Below, one piece after another: positions 1 through 10,420 of a stretch of 64,000 nt of DNA. The notes beneath the pieces are model-generated. The model saw nothing but the letters and a program-made list of their open reading frames with translations. It was not told the DNA's origin and did no database searches. Source of the stretch: Nitrospiraceae bacterium (GTDB taxonomy: Bacteria > Nitrospirota > Nitrospiria > Nitrospirales > Nitrospiraceae); NCBI GenBank assembly GCA_050246315.1, contig JBFWWG010000001.1, positions 576,001 through 640,000 on the forward strand, in the 5' to 3' direction. Position 1 is the stretch's first letter. Every line of letters begins with the position of its first letter. Both the position numbers and the translations under genes were made by a program.

Positions 1-128
1 AGTTGAACAACGTCGGGTCTGTGAGTCATGCCACACCTATAGGAATTGCGAGGAGCACAGGAATGTCGATGCCAAAGAGGCCACTCTAGCATGCGGCCCC
101 TCGCGCATGAAAGGGGCGGATGCCGGGA

Positions 129-232
129 CTCGGCCGCATCATTTATGGATGACGGTTCGCCGTGTTGCGCCCGGTGCTCTGCCGTTGCAATGGACCGGGG
201 CGGCAGAAGCGTTCATGAATCGTACGGGCTAG
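129..232. repeat. Short copy of interspersed repeat family B (MITE-like, ends ~CTAGCCCGCATGATTCATGA)
   Basis: Right end gcagaagcgttcatgaatcgtacgggctag matches ends at ~14000, 62750-62780; left part gatgacggttcgccgtgtt matches 62507ff. Confidence 0.7.
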
Positions 233-660
233 CGACCGGACTCGGAGGGAGGAGGCCGGTCGGGGGAAGGAGGACGGAACTGAATCAACGATCGGATGTA
301 GGCCACGACATCACGCTGCTCTTCGTTGGTCAGCATCCCGCTCCACGCGCGCATCGATGTATGCGGCTTGCCCTGGTCGATGATCTGAAGCAATTCCTTG
401 TCGGATTTGGCCGACGTGGCGGCGGAGATCAAGCTCGCAGGGCGTGGCGAGAGGTAGGGCGCCTCGGCTCCGTCGCCGTTTCCGCTGAGGCCGTGGCAGG
501 ACAGACAGTGCTCAAGATAGATGGCACGGCCCCGGTCGGGAGAGCCGATCGGAGCAGAAACGGATGGGGACGTTAGGGTTAGTAAGGTGAAGAGGGAGCA
601 GCCGACGAGGAAAAGGATGATGAGGGTCGGACCACTCGGGCCCCTGCCGTCACCGAGCAT
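229..660 (-). CDS. c-type cytochrome (monoheme, exported/membrane-anchored)
   Basis: CLSCH heme motif, GDG...PRPASL segment, distal Met (TSMRAW), hydrophobic N-terminus. Confidence 0.85.
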   Translation of the reverse strand: MLGDGRGPSGPTLIILFLVGCSLFTLLTLTSPSVSAPIGSPDRGRAIYLEHCLSCHGLSGNGDGAEAPYLSPRPASLISAATSAKSDKELLQIIDQGKPHTSMRAWSGMLTNEEQRDVVAYIRSLIQFRPPSPDRPPPSESGR

Positions 661-1162
661 GGTCGGGTGTACCCTGAGTCGGCACAGGACCCCACGGGTT
701 GCGCTGCGCGCGCACCCATCGTTCGAGTTGTGTCTTAAGTTCCTCCGGATTCGGAACGCCGCGGACGACCAGAAACTCCTCGGTGAGGCTATTGGCGATT
801 TCGAGCTTGCCGAGATCGAACCAACGATTCAGCAGTTCGTATCGGACGTGAATGTCGGTCACCTCCTTCAGGAGGAACTCTTTCACAAGCCGCCGATTCC
901 GGCCAAAGTGGCCGAAGTGCACCCATATCCGGGAGGAGGTCAGGCGGTAATAGTAGGCATAGTGAAACCAGGAAGCGATGCCGAGAAATAGGACGACGGC
1001 GAAAAGATACAACGACGCCGTACCCCAGTGGTGAGCCTGGATGGCGACGGCGGTCCGGACGGCCGCAGCGGCCATGAAAATGAACAACACCGCTTGGTCC
1101 ATCCACGACGTATGGCCTTCCCACAATACTCGTTCCGGCTGGGACGGGGTATTGTCGTTCAT
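650..1162 (-). CDS. Membrane protein with bacterial PH (bPH_2-like) domain
   Basis: ERVLWEG start, two TM segments, YRLTSSRI...LLNRWFDLGKLEI...VPNP pattern; overlaps neighbours. Confidence 0.7.
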   Translation of the reverse strand: MNDNTPSQPERVLWEGHTSWMDQAVLFIFMAAAAVRTAVAIQAHHWGTASLYLFAVVLFLGIASWFHYAYYYRLTSSRIWVHFGHFGRNRRLVKEFLLKEVTDIHVRYELLNRWFDLGKLEIANSLTEEFLVVRGVPNPEELKTQLERWVRAQRNPWGPVPTQGTPDHAR

Positions 1163-1617
1163 GGTCCGTGCTCCACCACGATCTGTGCGCGCATCTGATG
1201 TCCCGGCATGTCGCAGATATAGCCGAACTCGCCGGGATTCGCAGGTGTGAAACGAATCTCCGCCCGGCCTTCCGGCGGAATGATTACCCGCTTAAAGCCT
1301 TCCTCGCCGAACTCGGGAGCGCCGTTGCCGCCTATATTCAGATTCACGCCGCGCAGAAGATCTTGCGGGACGAACGAATGCAGCTCGGTGTCGAGATTTT
1401 CAAACACGAGCATGGCCGGCTGTCCGACTCGGAGCGTAACGAGGGAAGGATGAAATTGTCGAGCCTTGATCGTGATCACGACAGGGGGCTGATCGAGGGA
1501 GGCGGATACGTGCAGGGGCATTCCCGTGAAGACGGTGCACGCCACGACCGCGACGATCCATTCCGTAGCGGCAAGAACCCTGTGCGCCCGAGGCGTTGCT
1601 TGGTGAAGGTGAGGCAT
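1159..1617 (-). CDS. Cupredoxin-domain periplasmic protein
   Basis: Signal peptide; ELHSF and PGEFGYICDMPGHQM type-1 copper ligand pattern (H...C..H.M). Confidence 0.85.
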   Translation of the reverse strand: MPHLHQATPRAHRVLAATEWIVAVVACTVFTGMPLHVSASLDQPPVVITIKARQFHPSLVTLRVGQPAMLVFENLDTELHSFVPQDLLRGVNLNIGGNGAPEFGEEGFKRVIIPPEGRAEIRFTPANPGEFGYICDMPGHQMRAQIVVEHGP

Positions 1618-1693
1618 CGGTCAGCTCATTCTAACATGTTCCTGTGGCGACGGTGGAGCGCGAGGTATCGAGTCGGGAGGCAGCGGGGAGAGG

Positions 1694-1996
1694 CTACCGA
1701 GCGCCGGCTGCGTGCAGGATCTGGCGGCGGAGTTGGGCCTTGGCGGAGACGGAGAGCGGTTTTGGGGTCAATTGACGACACAGAGAGATGGTCTGACGCA
1801 GCGAGGTAACGAAGGTCTCGCAGTTGGGGCAGGCGCCGAGGTGCCTGCGGATTTCAGCGCAGACGTCCTGAGCCAGGTCGTCGTCAAGATAATCGGATAA
1901 CTGTCTCAGGATGTGGAGACAATGGGCCGTGCCTTTTCGGGACCCGCTCGGCTGGCCGGATCGTCGCGGAGCGCGGTGTGCTCGTTCCTGTGCCAT
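1694..1996 (-). CDS. Zinc-binding anti-sigma factor (zf-HC2)
   Basis: LSDYLD...HLGACPNC (HxxxCxxC); directly downstream of the ECF sigma. Confidence 0.85.
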   Translation of the reverse strand: MAQERAHRAPRRSGQPSGSRKGTAHCLHILRQLSDYLDDDLAQDVCAEIRRHLGACPNCETFVTSLRQTISLCRQLTPKPLSVSAKAQLRRQILHAAGAR

Positions 1997-2005
1997 GGAG
2001 AACCT

Positions 2006-2665
2006 CTACATTATACCCGAGTCCAGCTCCTCGGTGTGCTTGTGCCGATGGCCCGGCGTCAGAGGTGTGCCGACGCCTCGCGCGCTCAGCTCGCGACGGA
2101 CGAACAGACGAGCGCGATGGAGTCGCGATTTGACGGCCCGTTCGTTGAGGCCCATCACGGCGCCCACTTCTCTGGCGCTGATCCCTTCCATGTCGCGCAG
2201 GACCAGCACCATGCGGTATTTCGGAGGAAGCCGGCCGATAGCTTGATCCAGCGCGCGGCGAAGCTGCTTATTGACCAAGGCCTCCTCCGGCGTCAGACCC
2301 TCCACCGGAATCTGAAGACGGAGCTCCCCGTCGGTGGTAGGAATGAAATCCTCCAGGGATAACTCGCGCTCAGGCTGGCCCTTACGCTTGCGTCTCAGTC
2401 GCTGGCAGACGCGGGAGGCGATCGTATATAGCCAGGTTGAAACCTGAGATTCTCCCCGAAAATCCTTGTAGCCGCGGTAGGCGTTCAGAAACGTGTCCTG
2501 GACGACGTCCTTAGCTGCCTCAGGTTCGCCGCACAGACGCTGAGCATAACGGAAGATGCGATCGACATGTTCCCGATAGAGATCGTCGAATGACAAGCGT
2601 TCATGGCCGTCCGATTGGCCGTCGGTCGATCCGATTTCTGGCAGAGTCAGCGCTGAGCGGGCCAT
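2006..2665 (-). CDS. ECF RNA polymerase sigma factor (sigma70 family)
   Basis: Region 2 (DVVQDTFLNAY...FRGES..STWLYTIA) and region 4 (LPPKYRMVLVLRDMEG...VKSRLHRAR). Confidence 0.93.
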   Translation of the reverse strand: MARSALTLPEIGSTDGQSDGHERLSFDDLYREHVDRIFRYAQRLCGEPEAAKDVVQDTFLNAYRGYKDFRGESQVSTWLYTIASRVCQRLRRKRKGQPERELSLEDFIPTTDGELRLQIPVEGLTPEEALVNKQLRRALDQAIGRLPPKYRMVLVLRDMEGISAREVGAVMGLNERAVKSRLHRARLFVRRELSARGVGTPLTPGHRHKHTEELDSGIM

Positions 2666-2674
2666 GAGGGGTCG

Positions 2675-2704
2675 AGTCTAATGACCCGATTTCATGAGTG
2701 TCAA
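2675..2704 (-). promoter_or_regulatory. sigma70-type promoter for the ECF sigma gene
   Basis: Minus strand TTGACA-18 nt-TAGACT, 9 nt before the ATG at 2665. Confidence 0.55.
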
Positions 2705-2798
2705 GGCTGGTGGGTCGGGGGGGGGGGGTGGATGGCGTCGCGGATTCTGCCGCACTCTCCGGTATGCGCAGTCCGGAGAGTTCGAGGAGACGGACGAA

Positions 2799-3842
2799 TC
2801 AATAGCCCTTGCGAATCTCGACGACGGACCCCTCGCCGTTCAGTTCGACGATGACCGGCGATCCTTCCTTGAGTCCGGCGAGCGTTCTGTCGGCCTGATC
2901 GGCGGGAAATTGCTGCTCGCCTTCCGGAGTCCAGAGCGTCAACTCGCGCTTCTCCGGCGTGGAATAGGTGAGTTTCCCTGTGAGGAGCCGCGAAGTGGGC
3001 TGGTCCGCTCCATTGGGACGAAGCTCCACGGCCATGTTCGTATCATGAATCCACAGCGTGAGGTCCTGCCCCACCTTGGCCTGTTTCAAGCCGGTCTTTG
3101 AACTGATGGGGAGCATTCCGACCGGTGTCCGCAAAAAGGTGTAGCCGGCCTTCAGTTTGGCGACTGAGCCGCTGATCTTCATCTCCGTCTGGTTGGAGTG
3201 GGTGGGGACCTGGCTGATCTGCAGGTCGTACTGGAGATTGTGCAAACCCACCACCGTGTCTGCGGCGTTGACTTCGACCGTGACCGGCTTGCCGGCGGGC
3301 TGAGCGGCGATCTTTCCGGCCAAGGTTCCCGCGGAGAATCTGCGCTCGCCATCCGGTGTCCACAAGAGCAGGTCCTGCTTATCGGGTGAAGCAAGAACCA
3401 GCGGTCCCCATAGATAACGGCGCGTGGGTTTGTCCTGTCCCTTGGACATGATATCCACGGCTCCATGCGAGCCGTGGATCCAGAGGGTCACGTGGTGAGC
3501 GCCGCGCAGATCGCGTAGACAAGTCTGGCAGGTCAAGGTCAACAGGCCGACCGGCGTTCTCAGGAACACGAATCCCGGTTTCATGCGCCAGACGGTTCCG
3601 CCGACCTGGATCCAAGGATCGACGTCCTCCGTCATTGTGGTCGCGGCCGGCGTTTCCGGCACCGGTTGGGCTTCGGTCTCCTCCGTCGGGGTCGGAGTCT
3701 CATCGGGCGTCGGTTCCTGGATAGAAGGTGAATCTTCCGCTGCCGGCAATGACTGGGCGGAAGCAGTGGACAGGATGAGGCCCATTCCGAAGGCGAGCGT
3801 CAGCAACCCGGAGCCGAGAACACACAAGAAACGATGGTTCAT
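2799..3842 (-). CDS. Exported hypothetical protein with two tandem ~125-aa beta-rich repeats
   Basis: Signal peptide, P/T/E-rich linker, repeats FLRTPVG...TLWIH...LWTP(D/E)GE; CQTC only in repeat 1. Confidence 0.75.
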   Translation of the reverse strand: MNHRFLCVLGSGLLTLAFGMGLILSTASAQSLPAAEDSPSIQEPTPDETPTPTEETEAQPVPETPAATTMTEDVDPWIQVGGTVWRMKPGFVFLRTPVGLLTLTCQTCLRDLRGAHHVTLWIHGSHGAVDIMSKGQDKPTRRYLWGPLVLASPDKQDLLLWTPDGERRFSAGTLAGKIAAQPAGKPVTVEVNAADTVVGLHNLQYDLQISQVPTHSNQTEMKISGSVAKLKAGYTFLRTPVGMLPISSKTGLKQAKVGQDLTLWIHDTNMAVELRPNGADQPTSRLLTGKLTYSTPEKRELTLWTPEGEQQFPADQADRTLAGLKEGSPVIVELNGEGSVVEIRKGY

Positions 3843-4042
3843 AACAAACCTTCGAGAGAGTGAATGGTTTCAGCGGCAACGTTACGGAGTCTGGAGCAAA
3901 ATGTCCGTCATCTGTTCGCGAATAACACGCAGGTGGAAGGCTGTCAAGCGGATTGCCGGATCAAGCGGCGACGCCGGTCCGTCACGTGACGCGACGTATC
4001 GGCCGTTCGTTGCCCGACGAGCCGCTCGCCTCGACCGAGTGA

Positions 4043-4429
4043 TCAGGCCTTCTGGAGGGTGACGAGAATTCTCGTCTGTGCAAGGGAGGATCGAGAGGGA
4101 AAGACAAAGGCCCGCAGCATCATCGCTTCGGGAGATTGACCGACGGATCGCTTCACCTCGAACGGCCGCCAGTCGGCCGCTTCTTCCCGATCGGACAAAA
4201 CGTCCTGGATCTCGGAACAGAATGTTTCGACCGACGGAGGCAGTCCGTTTGCACCAGCTCGTTGTTCCCGCCGCTGCAGGTCGCCCAGGAGCTGGGAGGC
4301 CTGTTCGTCGAGATGCAGGACTCGGCTGGACGATGAGAGGACCAGGAGTCCGACTTTCGAAGTGAGGGACGGCACATACCCCTGAGACACGTTCGAGGCA
4401 ACCAACTGTTCTTCCATGAGTTCCGCCAT
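4043..4429 (-). CDS. Hypothetical protein (possible stand-alone PAS-like sensory domain)
   Basis: 128-aa ORF with plausible composition; GLLVLSSSSRVLHLDEQASQLL resembles a PAS N-terminal strand/helix. Confidence 0.55.
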   Translation of the reverse strand: MAELMEEQLVASNVSQGYVPSLTSKVGLLVLSSSSRVLHLDEQASQLLGDLQRREQRAGANGLPPSVETFCSEIQDVLSDREEAADWRPFEVKRSVGQSPEAMMLRAFVFPSRSSLAQTRILVTLQKA

Positions 4430-4877
4430 GTGATGGGTTGTTGAATATTGTTAATCAGTATGTGAGTGCCTACAGGGTGCCAGGACGAAATCGAGGCCTC
4501 GAACGTCGGTGATTGCGGAGTGCCTCGGCTGCATGTCCGCTCATCAATCGTCGAGCGCACAGGGCGCGTGACACGTGCACTCGGCTCTCCCTACGACCCG
4601 ATGCGGTTACTTGGATGTGAAGGTCCCAGTTACATTCGACCGAGGCAACTCGCCCGTAATTTACAGGCAAGACAACAAGCAAATTTCACGCCATTGTTGG
4701 CGGATGGCGGATGATTAGGTTACCGATGTCCTGGTCAGCGATTTTGGAGATTCGTCACGGGAATGGCTTGGTCATGTCGGCGTGCAGGCGTATCCAAATG
4801 TCTGCAACTGTATCTTTCTGGTTCTGTAGGAATTGAGCTATGGCGAACAGACACCCGCTCAGACCCCATCCGAGTCA

Positions 4878-6233
4878 TTACTTCTTTCGAACAAGAATGC
4901 GGATGGGCGTCCCGCTCAACGGGAACTGGTCGCGCAGCCGGTTCTCCAGAAAACGCAGATAGGCGCTGGTGATGCCCTCGGGATGACCGACGAACAGGGC
5001 AAACACCGGCGGCTTCGTGGCCACTTGGGTGATAAAGGCCGACCGGGCCGTCTTTGTGATGCGACCCTTGCGCATCGGCAAGGGATTGCTCTCCAGCACC
5101 TGTTGGAAAAATTGATTCAGCGGGCCGGTCGGAATGCGGTTGGTGAAGGAGGCGACGATCTGCTCGATCAACGGAAACAGCGGACGCAACGAGTCCGGCT
5201 TCAGGGCAGAGGCATAGAGCACGGGGGCCCACGTCAAAAAGGAAAAGCGGCGGTGCAGATCGGCCTCATAGGCCTGCTTGGCTCCGGCCTCGTGCGTGCG
5301 TAGATCCCATTTGTTGACCAGCAGGATGCAGGCGCGCCCCTGGCGCAGGACCAATCCGGCGATCTTGGTGTCTTGTTCCGTCAGGCCTTCCTCCGCATCC
5401 AGCAGCAGGACCGCCACGTCCGACCGGCCGAGCGCGCGCAAGGACCGGGCCACGCTATACCCTTCAATCCCACGCTCAATACGGCCGCGCCGCCTGATGC
5501 CGGCCGTGTCCGTGAAGATATAGTGCCGACCGTCCAACGTGGCGAGGGTGTCGATGGGGTCGCGCGTGGTGCCGGGAATGTTGCTGACCACGCAGCGCTC
5601 TTGTCCAAGGATGCCGTTGACCAACGTCGATTTCCCAACGTTGGGTCGTCCGACGATGGCGATGCGCGGCACATCCGCCAGCGATCCCTCAGGAGGCTGT
5701 TCGGGGAGGTGGGGATAGACGGCCTCCAGCACATCATCGACACCGATCCCATGTTCGGCGGAGACGGGATAGAGGTGATCCACACCCAAACGGTAGAAAT
5801 CGGCCACCAACGGCTCCGCCTTGGCTGTGTCGATTTTATTGATCGCATGGTAAACGGGCTTCGTGATCCCGCGCAGCAGCGAGACCACCGCTTCATCGGC
5901 CGGCGTGACCCCATCGCGCCCGTCCATCACGAGGATGAGCACGTCGGCCTCGGCGATCGCCAGTTGTGTCTGGTGCCGGATCAAGGCCAACATCCCTTCG
6001 GTGGCGCTCGGGTCAAGCCCGCCCGTATCCACCAATCTGAAGGGGCGTCCTCGAAAGGAGGCTTCGGCATAGTTGCGGTCGCGTGTCACGCCGGGGACAT
6101 CGTCCACGATTGCGGAGCGGTGGCCTAGAATCCGGTTGAATAGTGTGGACTTCCCCACGTTCGGCCGTCCGATGATCGCCACGGTGGGAAGCAGGGCTGA
6201 GTGCCGGGTACTGGGTGCTGAGCGTACAGTCAT
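4878..6233 (-). CDS. der: Ribosome biogenesis GTPase Der (EngA)
   Basis: Two tandem GTPase domains (GRPNVGKS x2, DTGG/DTAG, NKID/NKWD) and C-terminal KH-like domain; start taken at ATG 6233. Confidence 0.96.
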   Translation of the reverse strand: MTVRSAPSTRHSALLPTVAIIGRPNVGKSTLFNRILGHRSAIVDDVPGVTRDRNYAEASFRGRPFRLVDTGGLDPSATEGMLALIRHQTQLAIAEADVLILVMDGRDGVTPADEAVVSLLRGITKPVYHAINKIDTAKAEPLVADFYRLGVDHLYPVSAEHGIGVDDVLEAVYPHLPEQPPEGSLADVPRIAIVGRPNVGKSTLVNGILGQERCVVSNIPGTTRDPIDTLATLDGRHYIFTDTAGIRRRGRIERGIEGYSVARSLRALGRSDVAVLLLDAEEGLTEQDTKIAGLVLRQGRACILLVNKWDLRTHEAGAKQAYEADLHRRFSFLTWAPVLYASALKPDSLRPLFPLIEQIVASFTNRIPTGPLNQFFQQVLESNPLPMRKGRITKTARSAFITQVATKPPVFALFVGHPEGITSAYLRFLENRLRDQFPLSGTPIRILVRKK

Positions 6234-6332
6234 GGACTTGAATGAGAACGGGATGGTCGGACCGTAACACAGGAATTTTGACAAACACAACGAGCCTCGT
6301 CTTCGCTCTCGGCCTCCGCTATACTCCTCTCT

Positions 6333-7019
6333 ATGACTCAGCACTCAGCACGTAGTCCTCGGCACTGCCTCGACTGGGACCGCATCGATCATGTCCTGCT
6401 GGACATGGACGGCACGCTGCTCGACCGGCATTTCGACAATTATTTCTTTGAAGATGCGCTACCGCGCCGGTATGCCGCCCTACACCGGCTCTCCTTCGAG
6501 CAGGCGCGGGACACCCTCATGGATATGTATCGGTCGGTCGAGGGGGAATTGGCCTGGACCGATCTCCACTACTGGACAAGCCGAGTGGGGTTGGATGTCG
6601 TCGCCCTCCACCGGGAGTTGAATCATCTGATCGATTTTCTCCCGGACGCCCTGCCGTTTCTCAAGGCATTACAGCGCCGAGGCAAACGTGTCACGATCGT
6701 GACCAACGCGCATGGAGCCGGGGTGGCCGTCAAGGTCGCGAAAACGGGCTTGGATCGCTATGTCGATCGGATCGTGAATGCGTTCGAGGTCGGTTGCCTG
6801 AAAATGCGGCCTGAATACTGGCCGGTCTGCCAACGGCTGGTCGGGTTCGACCCCGCCCGCTCTTTATATATCGATGATGATGAAGGGTGCCTCCGGGCCG
6901 CACACGGCTTTGGGGTGGCCTACCTGTACCACCGGTCCAAATCCAGCTCTCAGCTCGACCCAGAGCCTTCCGACACCTTCCATTCGCTCGAGCATTTCGG
7001 GACGCTGACAGAGATCTGA
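6333..7019 (+). CDS. HAD-family hydrolase (YrfG-like GMP/IMP nucleotidase)
   Basis: LDMDGTLLD motif I, VTNAH motif II, IDDD motif IV. Confidence 0.85.
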   Translation: MTQHSARSPRHCLDWDRIDHVLLDMDGTLLDRHFDNYFFEDALPRRYAALHRLSFEQARDTLMDMYRSVEGELAWTDLHYWTSRVGLDVVALHRELNHLIDFLPDALPFLKALQRRGKRVTIVTNAHGAGVAVKVAKTGLDRYVDRIVNAFEVGCLKMRPEYWPVCQRLVGFDPARSLYIDDDEGCLRAAHGFGVAYLYHRSKSSSQLDPEPSDTFHSLEHFGTLTEI

Positions 7020-7041
7020 GCGACAGCTTGCCAGGTCGCGA

Positions 7042-7656
7042 TCACGCTCGGGCCCGTCCCCGATACATCGTGCCGGCGACGCGCGGCACGCCTGGCAGCT
7101 CGAACCGGTCGAGCCGGTCGAGCGTCAAGCCTGAGTCGAGGATCAGCCGGTCGATGCGCCGGTTTAGGTTGCAGCCGCAGGCGACGACATTTTGAATCGG
7201 ATTCAGCCGATCCTGCCAGGCCGCCACCCGCAGATTGTCGCTCCGGCCATGCTCGGTAAAGAGAAACAGCCCGTCTGGTTTCAAGACGCGCTTCACTTCC
7301 CGCAACGCGGCAATCGGATCGGAGATCGTGCAGAGGGTCCAGGTGCTCACGGCGCAATCGAACCGGCCTTCGTCGAAGGGCAGGCTTTCCGCCGTCATCG
7401 TGACAACCTGCACGGGAAAGGAGACGGCACGAGAACGATCGGCCACGCGCTCCTGGAGTGCCCGCATCGGATCGACTGCGGTAAGGCGCGCGACCGACGG
7501 GGGATAATGCGGAAGGTTCAGTCCCGTGCCAAAGCCGATTTCGAGCACGTCCCCGAAAGCGGGCGCGAGCGCCTTGGCTCGTTCCTGTTGGAACAGCCTC
7601 CGTCTCATGCTCCAGTCCATGAGGCGTGGGAAAATATGGTGCGCATAGAGGCCCAT
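7042..7656 (-). CDS. Class I SAM-dependent methyltransferase
   Basis: [11 protein letters not shown] motif, [20 protein letters not shown]; real start [10 protein letters not shown] at 7656. Confidence 0.9.
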   Translation of the reverse strand: MGLYAHHIFPRLMDWSMRRRLFQQERAKALAPAFGDVLEIGFGTGLNLPHYPPSVARLTAVDPMRALQERVADRSRAVSFPVQVVTMTAESLPFDEGRFDCAVSTWTLCTISDPIAALREVKRVLKPDGLFLFTEHGRSDNLRVAAWQDRLNPIQNVVACGCNLNRRIDRLILDSGLTLDRLDRFELPGVPRVAGTMYRGRARA

Positions 7657-7815
7657 CTGCGGCAGGAGTATAACAGAGACGGTCTGGCACACCCTTCGCG
7701 CAACCTTCTGAGGCTCCCTCTTCCGACACCGCTCTGCTTGAGGGGTCATTCGGTGTGTGTTATGGTCCAACGTTTTAATCAAGGTGAGAGTTCCTCCAAC
7801 CGCCCCGTCATCGCC

Positions 7816-10257
7816 ATGAGCCGTCCGTACGATTTTCAAGCCATCGAAACCAAGTGGCAGGCCTATTGGGAGGAACACCGCTCGTTTCGGGCAAGCGAGG
7901 ATCGCGGGAAGCCCAAATTCTACTGCCTCGACATGTTCCCCTATCCTTCCGGGTCCGGGCTTCATGTCGGCCATCTGGAAGGCTACACGGCGACCGACAT
8001 TGTCTCGCGCTACAAGCGGATGCGCGGGTTTAACGTCCTGCATCCGATGGGATGGGATGCCTTCGGCCTCCCGGCCGAACAATATGCCGTGAAGACCGGC
8101 ATCCACCCTGCCATCACCACCGCCCAGAACATCGCCACCTTCAAGCGCCAGATGAAGCGGGTCGGGCTCTCGTACGACTGGGATCGCGAACTCAGCACGA
8201 CCGACCCCGATTACTATCGCTGGACGCAGTGGATCTTCTTGCAGCTTTACAAACGCGGGCTCGCCTATGTGGCCGAAGTGCCGGTCAACTGGTGCCCGGG
8301 ATTGGGGACGGTGCTTGCGAACGAGGAAGTGATCGATGGCAAGAGCGAAGTCGGCGGGTTCGAGGTGGTCCGCAGGCCCATGCGGCAATGGGTGCTGAAG
8401 ATCACCGCCTATGCCGATCGGCTGTTGGACGAGCTGAAGCTGGTCGAGTGGCCAACCTCCACCTTGGAGATGCAGAAGAACTGGATTGGGCGGTCCATTG
8501 GAGCCGAGGTCGAGTTCGCCTTGGCGCATGTCCACGGCAATCTGCGGATCTTCACGACCAGACCCGACACGCTGTTCGGCGCCACCTACATGGTCCTCGC
8601 TCCCGAACATCCGCTTGTGGAGGTGGTGACCGTGTCGGACCGGCAGGCCGAGGTGCGTGCCTACCAAGAAGCGGCGGCGCGCAAGAGCGATCTCCAACGT
8701 CAGGAGCTGGAAAAAGAAAAAAGCGGCGTCTTCACCGGCGGCTCTGCGATCAATCCCGTGAACGGCGAACGGCTGCCGATCTGGATCGCCGATTACGTGA
8801 TGATGGGCTACGGCACGGGCGCCATCATGGCGGTGCCGGCCCACGACGAACGGGACTGGGCCTTTGCGCGCAAGTACGCGCTCCCCATTCGCGAGGTCGT
8901 CTCCGGCGGAGACACCGACAAGGGGGCCTTTGTCGAGATCGACCAGGGGACCATGGTCAACTCCACGACGCCCGACGGCGCCTTCTCGATCGACGGTCTC
9001 AAGCCGGCCGACGCGATCCCGACCATCACGAATTGGCTGGAGACTCAGGGCAAGGGCCGCAAGACAATCACCTACAAGTTGCGCGATTGGCTCTTCGCGC
9101 GGCAACGCTATTGGGGCGAGCCGTTCCCCATTCTCTGGGTTGACGGGCAGCACCAGGCGCTGCCGGAAGAGCAGTTGCCGCTGGTGCTCCCCGAAACGAC
9201 CAACTTCACGCCCTCGGGAACCGGGGAAAGCCCGCTCGCGAACCTGGAAGACTGGCTGGTGACCGCGGATCTCGCGACCGGCCGTCCCGCTCGCCGCGAG
9301 ACCAACACCATGCCGCAGTGGGCCGGGTCCTGTTGGTACTTTCTGCGATTCATTGACGCCAAGAATCCGCGGCAACTCGTCGATCCGGAAAAAGAACGGT
9401 ACTGGATGCCGGTGGACCTTTACATCGGTGGCTCCGAACATGCCGTGTTGCATCTGTTATATGCGCGGTTCTGGCACAAGGTGCTCTACGACATCGGCGT
9501 GGTCCATTCGCCGGAGCCGTTCATGAAATTGGTGCACCAGGGCATCGTGCTCGGCGAAGACAACCAGAAGATGTCCAAGTCGCGCGGCAACGTGGTCAAC
9601 CCGGACGACATGATCGAGCGGTTCGGCGCCGATGCCGTTCGTCTCTACGAAATGTTCATGGGACCGCTGGAAGCCATGAAACCGTGGAGCACCCGCGGCG
9701 TCGAAGGCGTCACGCGGTTTCTGGATCGGGTCTGGCGGCTGGTGGTTGAGGAGAACGGCGGGCTGAATCAATCGGTCATCGAGGCCGAGCCCTCCGTGGA
9801 GACCGCGCGTCTGCTCCACCAGACGATCAAGAAGGTCACGGAGGATCTCGAATCGCTGCGGTTCAACACGGCCATCTCGCAGATGATGGTCTTGACGAAC
9901 GAGTTGACGAAGCTCGATCGAAGGCCGCGATCGGTTGTGGAATCGCTCGTCCTTCTCCTGTCGCCATTTGCGCCCCATCTGTCCGAGGAACTCTGGGAGA
10001 GACTCGGCCACAAGCCCAGCGCTGGACAACAGACTTGGCCGACCTACGATCCCACCCTGACGGTCAGCGACCGACTGGAACTGCCGATTCAGGTCAACGG
10101 GAAACTCCGCGGGAGGATCAGCGTGGCAGCCGAGGCCGGGCGCGAAGAAGTCCTGCGCCTCGCCCAGCAAGAGCCGAAGATCCAGGAGGCGCTGCAAGGC
10201 AAGGAACCGAAGAAGGTCATCTACGTTGAAAAGAAGCTGATCAATTTCGTCGTGTAA
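7816..10257 (+). CDS. leuS: Leucine--tRNA ligase
   Basis: [14 protein letters not shown] (HIGH), [15 protein letters not shown] editing domain; start [14 protein letters not shown]. Confidence 0.97.
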   Translation: MSRPYDFQAIETKWQAYWEEHRSFRASEDRGKPKFYCLDMFPYPSGSGLHVGHLEGYTATDIVSRYKRMRGFNVLHPMGWDAFGLPAEQYAVKTGIHPAITTAQNIATFKRQMKRVGLSYDWDRELSTTDPDYYRWTQWIFLQLYKRGLAYVAEVPVNWCPGLGTVLANEEVIDGKSEVGGFEVVRRPMRQWVLKITAYADRLLDELKLVEWPTSTLEMQKNWIGRSIGAEVEFALAHVHGNLRIFTTRPDTLFGATYMVLAPEHPLVEVVTVSDRQAEVRAYQEAAARKSDLQRQELEKEKSGVFTGGSAINPVNGERLPIWIADYVMMGYGTGAIMAVPAHDERDWAFARKYALPIREVVSGGDTDKGAFVEIDQGTMVNSTTPDGAFSIDGLKPADAIPTITNWLETQGKGRKTITYKLRDWLFARQRYWGEPFPILWVDGQHQALPEEQLPLVLPETTNFTPSGTGESPLANLEDWLVTADLATGRPARRETNTMPQWAGSCWYFLRFIDAKNPRQLVDPEKERYWMPVDLYIGGSEHAVLHLLYARFWHKVLYDIGVVHSPEPFMKLVHQGIVLGEDNQKMSKSRGNVVNPDDMIERFGADAVRLYEMFMGPLEAMKPWSTRGVEGVTRFLDRVWRLVVEENGGLNQSVIEAEPSVETARLLHQTIKKVTEDLESLRFNTAISQMMVLTNELTKLDRRPRSVVESLVLLLSPFAPHLSEELWERLGHKPSAGQQTWPTYDPTLTVSDRLELPIQVNGKLRGRISVAAEAGREEVLRLAQQEPKIQEALQGKEPKKVIYVEKKLINFVV

Positions 10258-10260
10258 CGA

Positions 10261-10420
10261 AGTGCTGCGTGATGGGTTCTGAGTGCTGAGGCAAGCGGAA
10301 CAGAAAGAGCAAGAGTTGAAGGTCTCCCAGATGCAAGCCGCCGAATCATCCTCAGCACTGAGCACTCGGCACCCGGCACTGGCCGTAGATCCCGCAGCAC
10401 TCAGCACTGAGCACTCAGGA
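10261..10420. repeat. Heptamer (AGTGCTG / CAGCACT) degenerate arrays in inverted arrangement
   Basis: gagtgctgag near 10281, then cagcactgagcactcggcacccggcact and cagcactcagcactgagcactcag; same motif at ~6196-6221, 6336-6366, 13380-13403, 21822-21872, 47712-47845. Confidence 0.75.

Noticed and set aside
1..29. Minus-strand gene start MTHRPDVVQ running off the window
   Set aside because: Too short to support a call
7042..9453. 803-aa minus-strand ORF
   Set aside because: Only the last ~204 aa (7042-7656) are a methyltransferase; the rest is mostly the antisense shadow of leuS
10261..10420. CRISPR array
   Set aside because: Short degenerate 7-mers with no unique spacers and no cas genes; no CRISPR array seen anywhere in the window
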